In this document: one piece after another, positions 1 through 9,677 of the stretch
How the letters are laid out: the number at the start of each line of letters is the position of its first letter
How positions within the stretch are numbered: position 1 is the first letter of the stretch
Source: an uncultured virus (IMG/VR IMGVR_UViG_3300042484_001250)
Lineage: Duplodnaviria > Heunggongvirae > Uroviricota > Caudoviricetes
Direction: 5' to 3' (one strand)
Virus record (IMG/VR): IMGVR_UViG_3300042484_001250
Location: 1-64,000 of that record
DNA: 64,000 bases
The notes under the pieces: generated by a model
Database searches by the model: none
Told to the model about the DNA's origin: nothing
Seen by the model: the letters and a program-made list of their open reading frames with translations, nothing else
Program-made: the position numbers and the translations under genes

Positions 1-13
1 TACCCACACATTT

Positions 14-97
14 GGGAGTATCGCATAGTGGCAATTGCGGGTGACTGTAAATCACTTCTCTACGAGTTCGGAGGTTCGAGTCCTTCTACTCCCACCA
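14..97 (+). tRNA. tRNA-Tyr (GTA)
   Basis: Acceptor GGGAGTA/TACTCCC, anticodon loop CT-GTA-AA, long variable arm, GGTTCGAGTCC T-arm, encoded CCA. Confidence 0.95.
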
Positions 98-112
98 AAC
101 AAAATATAAGTT

Positions 113-679
113 ATGGCAAATCATATGAGTACCTCACTTACGATTGGGAATTTGGACCAACCATCGTATGACAAATTAAAAGAAATCTTTAACGATGGTA
201 CTAATGAGTACTATACCAATGTTGAACACATCATCAAACAAATGTATGGAGATGTGGATTTCAGCAAGTTAGATTGGTGGTATGATAACATTGGTGCAAA
301 GTGGTTGGAAGTAGAATCAGCCGTTACTGAAGACTTTGAATCCGAAGTCCAAATCTACATGACATCAGCTTGGAGTGTACCAACTCAATTTTTAGAAAAG
401 TTGACATATATATTATGTGGTATTAATAAAGATGTAGTTCTATATGGTACATACGAAGATGAATGTTTAGACCCTATGGGAGCATTTGTATTTGGATTTG
501 GTTACGATGATATGGAAGATTTGGATATTAAATTGGATTTGGATAAATATTGGAGTGAAGATGATGAAGAAGCTGAAGATTATAGACAGGGTGTAATTGA
601 TGAATTAATGGAGCATAAGGATTCTTTGTATCAGGCATATTTAGAAGTAGTAGAAGAAAGAAAAGCAGAAAAAGAGTAA
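113..679 (+). CDS. Acidic hypothetical protein, DUF1281/YubB ferredoxin-like domain-like
   Basis: 188 aa; WWYDNIGAKW...SAWSVP resembles the family's WGTKW...TAWSPP motifs. Confidence 0.5.
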   Translation: MANHMSTSLTIGNLDQPSYDKLKEIFNDGTNEYYTNVEHIIKQMYGDVDFSKLDWWYDNIGAKWLEVESAVTEDFESEVQIYMTSAWSVPTQFLEKLTYILCGINKDVVLYGTYEDECLDPMGAFVFGFGYDDMEDLDIKLDLDKYWSEDDEEAEDYRQGVIDELMEHKDSLYQAYLEVVEERKAEKE

Positions 680-684
680 AATAA

Positions 685-773
685 GGAGGGATGGCAGAGT
701 TGGTCTATCGCACTTGACTTGAAATCAAGAGACTGTAACAGGTCCGTGGGTTCGAATCCTACTCCCTCTTCCA
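685..773 (+). tRNA. tRNA-Ser (TGA)
   Basis: Acceptor GGAGGGA/TCCCTCT, CTTGA-CT-TGA-AA-TCAAG anticodon arm, long variable arm, TTCGAAT, CCA. Confidence 0.95.
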
Positions 774-780
774 TTAAAAT

Positions 781-954
781 TGTAGTGTGTTGGAAAATGA
801 TTAGCACGTGTGTTAATTTGGCAGACAAGCCCTCCTGTCTCGGGGGTGATGAGTACGAAATAGGTTAGTAATATGGGGTAGACCACCAAGCCGGCCGGCG
901 GATGTTACTAACTGAATCGCATTGTGGATGGTTCGAATCCTCCCACTACAGCCA
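781..954 (+). ncRNA. Oversized tRNA-Asp(GTC)-like RNA with D-loop hairpin insert and 79-nt variable arm
   Basis: Acceptor TGTAGTG/CACTACA, then G and CCA; anticodon arm CCCTC-CT-GTC-TC-GGGGG; T-loop TTCGAAT; 174 nt in total. Confidence 0.8.
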
Positions 955-963
955 TATATTTAT

Positions 964-1055
964 AGAGAGTTGGGTGAGTGGCTGATACCAGTAGTTTGCT
1001 AAACTGCCGATGGGGTTAAACCTGTCCACCGGTTCGAATCCGGTACTCTCTACCA
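964..1055 (+). tRNA. tRNA-Ser (GCT)
   Basis: Acceptor AGAGAGT/ACTCTCT, GTAGT-TT-GCT-AA-ACTGC, long variable arm, CCGG-TTCGAAT-CCGG, CCA. Confidence 0.95.
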
Positions 1056-1099
1056 TAAACTAAAACGTTATAACAAATGATTACTTAAACAATAAAACT

Positions 1100-1555
1100 A
1101 TGGATTACAGGAAATTGTATTGTGGAGAAGAAGTTCACTTAGAGAGCTACATCGCCGAATACTTAGAAACACACCACGATGTAGATATCTTAATTGGATG
1201 CGATTCGCAAAACTTTTCGGATAAAACGATATACGCTGTTGTGGTTGCCCTGTATAATAGAGGTAAAGGTGCTCACGTATTATATCGTAGATGGAAAGTT
1301 GGAAGAGAACCAGCTCGTTCAGTTAGATTATTAAATGAAGTATGGTATGCCATTGAAACTGCGGAAACATTACAAGCTGCTGGTATTCCAAAAGCAAGAT
1401 GGATTGATGTGGACTTGAACCCAGACCCAAGATACAAATCAAACGAAGTGTTCAGACAGGCGGTTGGTATGGTTGAAGGTATGGGTTATGAAGTTAGATA
1501 CAAAACATTAGGTCCAATTGCAACTTATGCAGCTGATTACTTAGTTAAACTATAA
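1100..1555 (+). CDS. RNase H-like YkuK (DUF458) family protein
   Basis: IGCDSQ, RLLNEV, DVDLNP, ATYAAD pattern typical of the family. Confidence 0.8.
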   Translation: MDYRKLYCGEEVHLESYIAEYLETHHDVDILIGCDSQNFSDKTIYAVVVALYNRGKGAHVLYRRWKVGREPARSVRLLNEVWYAIETAETLQAAGIPKARWIDVDLNPDPRYKSNEVFRQAVGMVEGMGYEVRYKTLGPIATYAADYLVKL

Positions 1556-1564
1556 AAAATAATT

Positions 1565-2110
1565 ATGAAAGATAATTTTTATCAAATGCGATTTCCTGAA
1601 CATAGAGAGGGTTTGCAACAAATGATTGATTGGGTAAATAATGTAACACCAACATCTGAAATGAGGATGATTGAAATTGGTAGTTATGTTGGTGAAAGTA
1701 CTTTAATGTTTGCCCAAAACTTTAAAGAAGTGGTATCGGTAGACCCTTTTGTTAATTATGATGTTGATTTTGATTTTATTTCAAACGGATATGCACCATT
1801 TGATAAAGTATATGCTGAATTTATAAAGAATACATTACCCCTATCAAACATAAAATCAATAAGAGATACATCAGAAAATGCGTTCCCAATCCTAAACCAA
1901 CAACAATGGGATATGGTTTACATTGATGGATTGCATACCGTTGATGGTGTTTACTATGATATTACGCATTATAAAAGTATAATTAAGCCAGGTGGGTTTG
2001 TATGTGGGCATGATTATGGTTGGGGAAATATTAGACATAACTTGGGTAAAATTTTTGATGATAAAGTAGACGCTACATTTAAAGATGGGAGTTGGGTAGT
2101 TAGAATATAA
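1565..2110 (+). CDS. Class I SAM-dependent methyltransferase (Methyltransf_24-like)
   Basis: IEIGSYVGES motif I, DMVYIDGLH, KPGGFVCGHDY. Confidence 0.85.
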   Translation: MKDNFYQMRFPEHREGLQQMIDWVNNVTPTSEMRMIEIGSYVGESTLMFAQNFKEVVSVDPFVNYDVDFDFISNGYAPFDKVYAEFIKNTLPLSNIKSIRDTSENAFPILNQQQWDMVYIDGLHTVDGVYYDITHYKSIIKPGGFVCGHDYGWGNIRHNLGKIFDDKVDATFKDGSWVVRI

Positions 2111-2157
2111 TTAGGATATTCCAATATTTATTTGTATATTTACAAAAAAATAAAAAG

Positions 2158-2415
2158 ATGGCTGAATTTAGTAAGCAATATTGCGAACTCCATAATCCCC
2201 AATTAGGATGGGATTTTGATATAGATGAAATAATAACCGAAATACCTTGTGGATATTACAAAAGTATTATTTGTGAGGGTTTTGGGTTTATAGGAGTTGG
2301 TATTGGTATGGATAGAAGAGTTAATCTACTATTCCCAGATGACGGTGGTGGATTTGATAAAGTAGACTATATCAAATTTATGAAAAATCAAAGTATAACG
2401 TCAGACGGAATTTAA
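2158..2415 (+). CDS. Hypothetical protein
   Basis: 85-aa ORF in gene-dense + strand run, downstream of a promoter-like motif. Confidence 0.6.
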   Translation: MAEFSKQYCELHNPQLGWDFDIDEIITEIPCGYYKSIICEGFGFIGVGIGMDRRVNLLFPDDGGGFDKVDYIKFMKNQSITSDGI

Positions 2416-2418
2416 TAT

Positions 2419-3945
2419 ATGAAAATTGTTATAGTAGGTGGGGGAACTGCAGGTTGGATGGCTGCGTGTTATGTGGCAAGATTTAATCAATCAGGTAATA
2501 ATATAAATGATATCACAGTTATAGAATCATCCAAAATACCAATAATTGGTGCAGGTGAAGGTTCAACTGGTACATTTACTCAAATAGTAAATCATCATTT
2601 TAAAAATTGGGGTATAAATGAACCCGAATTCTTAAATAAAACTAAATCAACATTAAAGTTAGGCATACGATTTAAAGATTGGAATGGTGTGGGTACTGAA
2701 TTCCTAAGTCCTATACAACAGTCCGAAACAAATCATCATACTATTGATACTCATTTATTAGTATCTCATATATTAGGTGATTATGCAAACGCATCTCCAT
2801 CTGGTTATCTTATGAACAAAAATCTATCATCTTATATTTCAACCGATGGTAGAAGTATAATGGGCCATTCGTATCACTTTGATGCACATGCGGTGGGTAA
2901 ATATTGGAAAGAATATGCACTTAAAAATGGTGTTAGAGTAATAGATAGTGAAGTCCTATCCTTAAACAAAAATACACAAAATGGTGAGTTAGACAGTGTA
3001 GAAACTACCAAAGGAACTATCGAAGGTGATTTGTGGATTGATTGTAGTGGATTTGCTAGAGTTTTAATCAATCCAATGGGTGGTGGGTGGAAAAGTTATT
3101 CAGAATACCTACCAACAAATAATGCAATGCCATTCATCCAACAATTCGAACCAAACGAAGTTCCTAAGTTGGAAACACTATCACACGCTCTATCAAATGG
3201 ATGGATGTGGAAAATACCAACGCAAGAAAGATATGGTTGTGGGTACGTTTATTCGGATATGTTTACTACCGAAGAGAAAGCATTAGCTGAATTAAGGAAA
3301 TCATTAGGTAAAGATGTAGAACCCATCCGTAATATTAAATTTGATTGTGGTAGATTAGAAAACATTTGGGTAAAGAATGTGGTTGCGGTGGGATTATCTG
3401 CTGGATTTGTTGAACCATTAGAAGCAACATCCATACATACTACCATCGTACAATTAGATTACCTATCAACTATTTCATTAAATTTTGCCACTACAAAAGA
3501 AAATGTAAACTTTGAAACCAATATAAATCAGCACAATACTTTTTTAAATAAGTTATTTGATGATATTAAAGATTTGATTCAACTACACTATATGAGTGAT
3601 AGAGAAGATACGGAGTTTTGGAAGTATTGTAAGTATGATTTAAAACGAACCGATAAAGTAAAACATATATTAGACGTGGCAAAACACAGATGCCCATCTA
3701 CGTTGAACTTTGATTTTTATCGTGGAGCAGGTAATTGGGGGGTTTGGTGTTGGACTATGATGGGGATGGGTCATATAACTAAAGAAGTATCACAACATAC
3801 TTTAGATTCTTATGGATATACACCAAAAAGTATTAAAGATGAGTTTGATTCTGTTAATCGTAAAAATATGCTAAATGGAATTAAAGTTATGAAAAATACT
3901 GAATTCTTTGATGCACTAACTAAAGGTAAAATTAGTAAAAAATAA
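2419..3945 (+). CDS. Flavin-dependent (tryptophan-halogenase family) halogenase
   Basis: GGGTAGW FAD motif, IGAGE, TLKLGI with the catalytic Lys, IDCSGF, WMWKIP (WxWxIP), GFVEPLEAT. Confidence 0.92.
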   Translation: MKIVIVGGGTAGWMAACYVARFNQSGNNINDITVIESSKIPIIGAGEGSTGTFTQIVNHHFKNWGINEPEFLNKTKSTLKLGIRFKDWNGVGTEFLSPIQQSETNHHTIDTHLLVSHILGDYANASPSGYLMNKNLSSYISTDGRSIMGHSYHFDAHAVGKYWKEYALKNGVRVIDSEVLSLNKNTQNGELDSVETTKGTIEGDLWIDCSGFARVLINPMGGGWKSYSEYLPTNNAMPFIQQFEPNEVPKLETLSHALSNGWMWKIPTQERYGCGYVYSDMFTTEEKALAELRKSLGKDVEPIRNIKFDCGRLENIWVKNVVAVGLSAGFVEPLEATSIHTTIVQLDYLSTISLNFATTKENVNFETNINQHNTFLNKLFDDIKDLIQLHYMSDREDTEFWKYCKYDLKRTDKVKHILDVAKHRCPSTLNFDFYRGAGNWGVWCWTMMGMGHITKEVSQHTLDSYGYTPKSIKDEFDSVNRKNMLNGIKVMKNTEFFDALTKGKISKK

Positions 3946-3947
3946 AA

Positions 3948-4364
3948 ATGGATATTGAAGAAGAAGTTATATATCATCTTTCGCAAAATGTGAAAACCGA
4001 AATAAGACCTTCTAAAGTAGATGGCGTGGGTGTATTTGCTATAAGAGATATATTAAAGGGTGAAAATGTTTTTCCAGAATGGCAGTTGAAATCTGGAATA
4101 TATTTGGTATCAAATGAAAAATTAAACAAAATTCCATCCGAAGTACTCAATTTATTAGATAAGTATTTTATAAATGGTGAGTGTGGATTTAAAATAATAA
4201 GATTGTTTGAGGGGTTAAACTTTATGTTCAATCCCTTTTGCTTTTGCAATTCGGCATATCCAAACAAAGAAAATGTAAACATATCAACCAAGGGAATTGC
4301 ACTTAGATACATAAAAAAAGATGAAGAAATATTTGAATGGTATGATGAAAATATTTTAAAATAA
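3948..4364 (+). CDS. SET-domain protein (putative lysine methyltransferase)
   Basis: SKVDGVGVFAIRDILKGE ... FCNS ... ALRYIKKDEEIFEWY matches SET motifs. Confidence 0.8.
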   Translation: MDIEEEVIYHLSQNVKTEIRPSKVDGVGVFAIRDILKGENVFPEWQLKSGIYLVSNEKLNKIPSEVLNLLDKYFINGECGFKIIRLFEGLNFMFNPFCFCNSAYPNKENVNISTKGIALRYIKKDEEIFEWYDENILK

Positions 4365-4387
4365 TTTAAAAATATTTGGCAAAAAGC

Positions 4388-4418
4388 TTGTATAATTCAT
4401 AAAAATTGCGTACCTTTA
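4388..4418 (+). promoter_or_regulatory. Bacteroidota-type early promoter
   Basis: TTG-N20-TACCTTTA, one of 13 copies located with the same spacing. Confidence 0.75.
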
Positions 4419-4464
4419 TTACGTGGTACTGGAGTTAGTATCACTTCACTAAAACCCCTTTTTT

Positions 4465-4824
4465 ATGAGTTTACCATTCAATCTTAATTCAGTTTTAGAA
4501 ACCGCTTCTTTAATAGAAGGGTTTGAAGTTGTTAAAAACGCTTTCCCCGTTGAAGGACGTTTTACAAAACGTATCATCACATATGGCGATGCAGTTTATG
4601 AGGCACTTTCTGAAGTTGCCGATGATTACTCTGATTGGCCGGAAGACCAGGGGTTTGGTTCATCTGATATGACTTATGTTCGTAAGTCATTTATTGATTC
4701 ATTAATTGATATGGCTAACCTTAGAGGTTACTACGAAACCAAGTTTGCTCCTTACCTTAAAGTGGTAGAGTATTCGGAAGCAGAATACCACAATATGATG
4801 TTCCGTAGGGAGAGAGGTTTATAA
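4465..4824 (+). CDS. Hypothetical protein
   Basis: 119 aa after promoter and AACCCC leader motif. Confidence 0.75.
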   Translation: MSLPFNLNSVLETASLIEGFEVVKNAFPVEGRFTKRIITYGDAVYEALSEVADDYSDWPEDQGFGSSDMTYVRKSFIDSLIDMANLRGYYETKFAPYLKVVEYSEAEYHNMMFRRERGL

Positions 4825-4825
4825 A

Positions 4826-4875
4826 AAAATAAATGAGAAAAGGCTTGACTTTCTCATTTATTTTACTTACCTTTA
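4826..4875 (+). promoter_or_regulatory. Inverted repeat (terminator-like) overlapping an early promoter
   Basis: AAAATAAATGAGAAA / TTTCTCATTTATTTT encloses TTG (4845-4847); TACCTTTA at 4868-4875. Confidence 0.7.
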
Positions 4876-4910
4876 TTAAGTAATAAGAGTTCAACATAAC
4901 CCCCTTTAAT

Positions 4911-5159
4911 ATGAATAATTTCGAATTTACCTTTAAAACTTTTTCTGAATATATTTCGGCTCGTATAACTGGGTATATTCCCGATTACAAATGTGTTAGA
5001 ATGCACGTTGCCACTCCCGAAGGTGGTAGTATGGATTTCCCCTTACATAGTGAAGAGGAATATAATGAGTATTTAACCAAATACTTACCAAGCAACGGTT
5101 GTTCATTGATTAAAGTTTATCCGTCAGTTACCTTTTACGAATCAGAATATTGTTATTAA
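4911..5159 (+). CDS. Hypothetical protein
   Basis: 82-aa ORF after promoter. Confidence 0.7.
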   Translation: MNNFEFTFKTFSEYISARITGYIPDYKCVRMHVATPEGGSMDFPLHSEEEYNEYLTKYLPSNGCSLIKVYPSVTFYESEYCY

Positions 5160-5177
5160 TCTTTAAAATATAAAACT

Positions 5178-5627
5178 ATGGGACTTTTCAGTTGGAACAC
5201 AATGGATACTAATAAGAGTATCGCTAGTACTTTCTCTAATCGTGATACGTTTAGAGTTTATATGACGGATAATGCCGGAAACATTTGGACGGAAAATGAT
5301 TACGAAGGTTATGGTGTATTTGGTGGTAAAGATTTCTATGAATTACTTGCCGAAATGAACGGATTTGTTTCCGAATTAAAAGGTGATGAATACAATAATG
5401 CTGCTAGATTGTTTGCTATTGATTTGGTATTTGCTAATAATAATCATTCTGGTGATTTTGCTGAAGGTGTGTTTTATCCTAACTTAACTGAAAAAGTAGA
5501 AGGTTGGGTGTACGATATGAAAGGACCTGAAAGATGTGAGCATCAAGGTTACTTCTACGATGATGATGAAGATGAGGATGATGAGTATAATGAAGAGGAG
5601 TACGCTGAAGAAGAAGAAAATTATTAA
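5178..5627 (+). CDS. Hypothetical phage protein with acidic tail
   Basis: 149 aa; MGLFSW, YEGYGVFGGKDFYELLA. Confidence 0.75.
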   Translation: MGLFSWNTMDTNKSIASTFSNRDTFRVYMTDNAGNIWTENDYEGYGVFGGKDFYELLAEMNGFVSELKGDEYNNAARLFAIDLVFANNNHSGDFAEGVFYPNLTEKVEGWVYDMKGPERCEHQGYFYDDDEDEDDEYNEEEYAEEEENY

Positions 5628-5638
5628 ACCCCAAATAT

Positions 5639-5899
5639 ATGGATATCAGAGAGAAATATAGAGAGCGAGCTATTCAATTCGCTAATGAGTGGAAATCAGA
5701 GTTTCCAAATGTAAGTGACCACAACATTGAAATGATGGTTTCGATTATGGCAACGCGTGATAAGACATCGTATCCTGGCGGTGGTTTCGTAGAAGCAGTT
5801 TGTGCTAACGATTTGGTTGGAGCAGTTACTCGTGCGGATAGTGATAACATTAGAGTTATTAAGTTATTGGCACTCACACATAAACAATGTTACTTATAA
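5639..5899 (+). CDS. Hypothetical phage protein
   Basis: 86 aa; PGGGFVEAV-NDL-RAD pattern. Confidence 0.7.
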   Translation: MDIREKYRERAIQFANEWKSEFPNVSDHNIEMMVSIMATRDKTSYPGGGFVEAVCANDLVGAVTRADSDNIRVIKLLALTHKQCYL

Positions 5900-5903
5900 T
5901 AAT

Positions 5904-6455
5904 ATGAATACTAATGTAAATAGAAGTCCTTATTTGGATGGATTGGCAGCAAAAGAAGAATTTAATAACACCTTACCATTGTTGGAAACTATTTTTGGAG
6001 AATGCATCAGAGTTGGTAGGTCTCAAGTATTTAAATTTGAAAATGATGGAAATCCAATCATAATAAGAATTATAGCAGCACCATCAAATCCTAAACTTGT
6101 TGGTGAAATGAAAAGCGTAATTAAAACGTTAAAAGACAAATTACCTTTCTATACATTTTTTACCAGAGATGTTAAGACATATCCAGAATCTAAAGAAACA
6201 TATTATGATAAATTAAAATCATTATATAAATTACGAAAACCATTCAAAGGTGCTATTATGGGTATTGATGAGTTAAAATCTCAAAATGTAATTGATACAA
6301 TAAAAAATGGGCAATTGTTACCATTAAACCTAAATCGTTACAAAGATATTGGTGGTGAGATATCGTTAGAAAGAGCATTGATGGAGCAGTTTGGAATAAC
6401 AGCTAAGAAAGCAAAAGAAAAAGCAGAAGCAATAAAAGTATTACTTATAAAATAA
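5904..6455 (+). CDS. Hypothetical protein
   Basis: In-frame ATG at 5904 just after the upstream stop; basic protein. Confidence 0.65.
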   Translation: MNTNVNRSPYLDGLAAKEEFNNTLPLLETIFGECIRVGRSQVFKFENDGNPIIIRIIAAPSNPKLVGEMKSVIKTLKDKLPFYTFFTRDVKTYPESKETYYDKLKSLYKLRKPFKGAIMGIDELKSQNVIDTIKNGQLLPLNLNRYKDIGGEISLERALMEQFGITAKKAKEKAEAIKVLLIK

Positions 6456-6462
6456 TAAAGAT

Positions 6463-6924
6463 ATGGGATTAGATATGTATTTGACTCGTAAGACCTACGT
6501 TAAACAATGGTCACATCAAGCGCCGGAAGAGCAGTTTGAAGTTACTATCACAAAGGGTGGTAAACCATACGATGGTATTGATATATCCAACGTTACCAAC
6601 ATCGAAGAGGAAGTTGGGTATTGGCGAAAGCAAAACCAAATTCACCGATGGTTCGTAGAGAATGTTCAGAATGGTGTAGATAATTGTGGGGAGTATTCCG
6701 TTAGTAAAAGTGAATTAGAAACACTTAGAAATATATGTACGGAGGTGTTGAATGACCATAGTAAAGCGGAGGAATTATTACCATCTACATCTGGTTTCTT
6801 CTTTGGAAATACCGATTACGATGAGTGGTATTACGATGGTGTTGAAAACACTATTGAAATGTTAGATAAGATAATCGGTGAAACAAATCCCAATCAGGAC
6901 ATTTATTATTCATCTTCTTGGTAA
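6463..6924 (+). CDS. Conserved phage hypothetical protein
   Basis: MGLDMYL ... YWRKQNQIHRWF ... GFFFG ... YYSSSW pattern. Confidence 0.8.
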   Translation: MGLDMYLTRKTYVKQWSHQAPEEQFEVTITKGGKPYDGIDISNVTNIEEEVGYWRKQNQIHRWFVENVQNGVDNCGEYSVSKSELETLRNICTEVLNDHSKAEELLPSTSGFFFGNTDYDEWYYDGVENTIEMLDKIIGETNPNQDIYYSSSW

Positions 6925-6963
6925 ACATTAGGAAATATCAAAACTTTTTACTATATTAGATAT

Positions 6964-7227
6964 ATGAAAAAAACATTAGCAATTTACATAGTACTTATTG
7001 GATTAGGTGCTATGATTTTTGGAGCTTGTACAAACGAACCAATATCAAAAGAAAGAATTGGTAAGGATGATGGATTTGAAGTAGAATACCTTTTTGATAA
7101 AGATGGTGTAAAAGTTTATCGTTTTTGGGATAACGGACACTACCATTATTTTACAACCAAAGGTGAAACCATTTCCGTACAAACCGCAGGTAAAACAACT
7201 TATTCGGAAAATATAAACAATTTCTAA
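6964..7227 (+). CDS. Lipoprotein, DUF4884-like
   Basis: Signal peptide ending FGAC; FEVEYLFDKDGVKVYRF. Confidence 0.65.
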   Translation: MKKTLAIYIVLIGLGAMIFGACTNEPISKERIGKDDGFEVEYLFDKDGVKVYRFWDNGHYHYFTTKGETISVQTAGKTTYSENINNF

Positions 7228-7228
7228 G

Positions 7229-7393
7229 ATGGAACTTACTTTAGGAGATTTACAGCAAATAGAATTAATTTGTATTGAGGCATCTGCTTGGGGATTGAGA
7301 GAGGAAGTTGTCGATGAGGCAGAACGAATGATTAGAGACGGATACGAACCAGTAGATGCATACCAAGCAGCATATGATGATTGGGTTAAATGA
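7229..7393 (+). CDS. Small hypothetical protein (54 aa)
   Basis: Hand translation MELTLGDLQQ...YDDWVK; fills the gap; resembles 23877..24056. Confidence 0.6.
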   Translation: MELTLGDLQQIELICIEASAWGLREEVVDEAERMIRDGYEPVDAYQAAYDDWVK

Positions 7394-7600
7394 GATGGAA
7401 GGAGTGAAATTTTTACACGCAAACGGAAGGGTATATGTGGTTAAGAGAATGTTTTCAGTCGATGGTTGGTTTACTAAAGCAGTAAACGAATTTGGGGGAG
7501 AACACTTAGCAGAAGTTTATGGTGTTGAAACTATTATCAAAGACCATACAACCTATTATTTAGTTAATGAGGCACCTGAAATACCTTTTGAAGAAATACA

Positions 7601-7933
7601 ATGAAATATAATCCAGAAAACGAACTAACACAAAACGAACTGAATTGTTTGGATGAAAATGACTTCTTTGAGTACTTAGATTCGAAAGCAAATTACCTAA
7701 AACAATTTACTCGTCCATTAGATACCTATCATGCTAAAACATTTGCTGCATTAGCAAATGGTGGTGAATTATCTACGAAAGAATTAAAAACCGCAAAAGA
7801 AATTGGTAGAATTGGAGATGATGCCAAATATAACGCAATTTCCGAAGCTACTGAAAAATTAGGGGGAGACCCTAAGTATAAAGATGAAGGAATTAAAAAT
7901 GTAAAAACACATCGTTCCCAATGGTTCGATTAA
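7601..7933 (+). CDS. Hypothetical protein
   Basis: 110-aa ORF coupled to the upstream gene. Confidence 0.7.
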   Translation: MKYNPENELTQNELNCLDENDFFEYLDSKANYLKQFTRPLDTYHAKTFAALANGGELSTKELKTAKEIGRIGDDAKYNAISEATEKLGGDPKYKDEGIKNVKTHRSQWFD

Positions 7934-7945
7934 ACCTAAACTACT

Positions 7946-8269
7946 ATGAGTAAGATTAAAGAAACTAAATTAAATAACCTAACAAAAGAAGAAATGGATA
8001 ACGCAATTTATGAGATTCCCCCAATGGAATACTTTGATTTAATGGATGAATATAACAATGGTAAGTATTCTTATTTAAATCCTCAAAGTAAAAACTTTGA
8101 TGAAATGTTGGATAAGGTAAACCCAAACTATTCAGAGTATAGTGTTACCGATGCAGTTGATTATGCATTTGATGTGATGCAAGTTACCGAAGAAGAAGTT
8201 GGTAAAGATGTATATAAGGAATTGATTAAAGAGCAAATTATTTCATTCATTCGTTCAAGTAGATTCTAA
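7946..8269 (+). CDS. Hypothetical protein
   Basis: 107-aa ORF in a tight run. Confidence 0.7.
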   Translation: MSKIKETKLNNLTKEEMDNAIYEIPPMEYFDLMDEYNNGKYSYLNPQSKNFDEMLDKVNPNYSEYSVTDAVDYAFDVMQVTEEEVGKDVYKELIKEQIISFIRSSRF

Positions 8270-8933
8270 CTTATGGGTATCTATATATTTATTATAGTAT
8301 GGATAATTGCCACATATCCAATAACAAAGAGGATAAATGATAGATTGTTAGAGAGGAATGATGATGCTAGATTTCAAATATCTTTTCAACTTTTGTTATT
8401 TATTAAGGCAATATTTATAGTACCAACATTCTATTTTGGATATTGGGTAAACTTAATTAAAAAATTATTAAAATAAAATTATGGAAAAGCAATTATTTAA
8501 ATTAGTAAATTTAGGATTAGAAGGTGAACCAGTTGTACATGGTTTACAAAATCCAGAAACATTACAGGTTATACAATATGAAAATATTAAGTATGTATCT
8601 GTTGATGGTGAAGTTAGAGATGCTAGCATCCCCAATGACCCAGATTCGTTTATAAACAACGAAAATCATTTAGGATATGCATCTGTTGATGAAAATGATA
8701 TAGCAACCTTATACTTTGACTAAAATGGAAACCTTAAAAAAAGTTACAAAAAAGATTGAGTTTTGGTGGGATATATACTTTGTATATTTTCTATACAATG
8801 ACAAAAAGTTAGATAGATATTACGCATACATACGCAAGAAGTGGGGTAACGATATTTAATAAGTTAAATTAGGATATATCAAAAAAGTTTTGTATATTTG
8901 TTACAATAAATAATGTTTTGTAAATTTTTTACA

Positions 8934-9677
8934 ATGAGAATAACACACATTTCAGATACCCACAACAAACACAACCAGCTTACCGCAGATTTGCCGGGTG
9001 GGGATATCATTATACACAGCGGAGATATATCTTCGTTGGGTAGGAAGAGTGAATGCGAACGATTTGTAAAATGGTTTGGTAATCTACCATACAAATACAA
9101 AGTGTTCATTGTTGGAAATCACGACCTTTCATTTGAATCCGAAATACTATATCGTAAGAAAGCACAATACTTTGATGGTACAAACGATTGGGATTTACCA
9201 GTAGTTGAAGGTAAGCCGGAATGGGTTACTGAATTGATTGGTAATCTACCCGATGGTGTTATCTATTTAGAGAATGAATCGGTTGATATTGAGGGAGTTA
9301 AGATTTGGGGTTCACCATATTCAGCACGCTTTGGTAGAGATTGGGCATTCAATGTGAGTAGGGGAGAGGATAGTAGAGAGATGTGGGGAACTATTCCGCC
9401 GGATGCTAATATCATAGTTACGCACGGTCCTCTATTTGGTGTAGTAGATAGAACCAACAATAATATGAATGTTGGATGTGAGGATTTAAGAGAAACCATA
9501 ATGAATTTAGAGCCAGATTTCCACTTATGCGGACACATTCACGAAGGCTATGGTTATGTACATTTTGGTAAAACACATTGTATAAATGGTTCTAACTTAT
9601 CATTGGGATATAACTACATTAACAAACCAGTAACATTTGATTACAATTTTAAAACAAAAGAAATAGAATTTATATGA
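8934..9677 (+). CDS. Calcineurin-like metallophosphoesterase (MPPED-like)
   Basis: HISDTH, HSGD, GNHD, THGP, GHIH; start taken as ATG 8934. Confidence 0.9.
   Translation: MRITHISDTHNKHNQLTADLPGGDIIIHSGDISSLGRKSECERFVKWFGNLPYKYKVFIVGNHDLSFESEILYRKKAQYFDGTNDWDLPVVEGKPEWVTELIGNLPDGVIYLENESVDIEGVKIWGSPYSARFGRDWAFNVSRGEDSREMWGTIPPDANIIVTHGPLFGVVDRTNNNMNVGCEDLRETIMNLEPDFHLCGHIHEGYGYVHFGKTHCINGSNLSLGYNYINKPVTFDYNFKTKEIEFI

Noticed and set aside
1..13. 3' end of a preceding tRNA
   Set aside because: Plausible from context, but too little sequence to call.
834..864. Hammerhead ribozyme core (CCTGTC...TGATGA-GTAC-GAAA-TAGG) cleaving at the anticodon
   Set aside because: The conserved C3 is a G and stems I and II would be only 1-2 bp; probably coincidental, though a self-cleavage assay would be cheap.
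847..925. Group I/II intron in the tRNA-like gene
   Set aside because: Far too short, not in the anticodon loop, and no catalytic core recognised.
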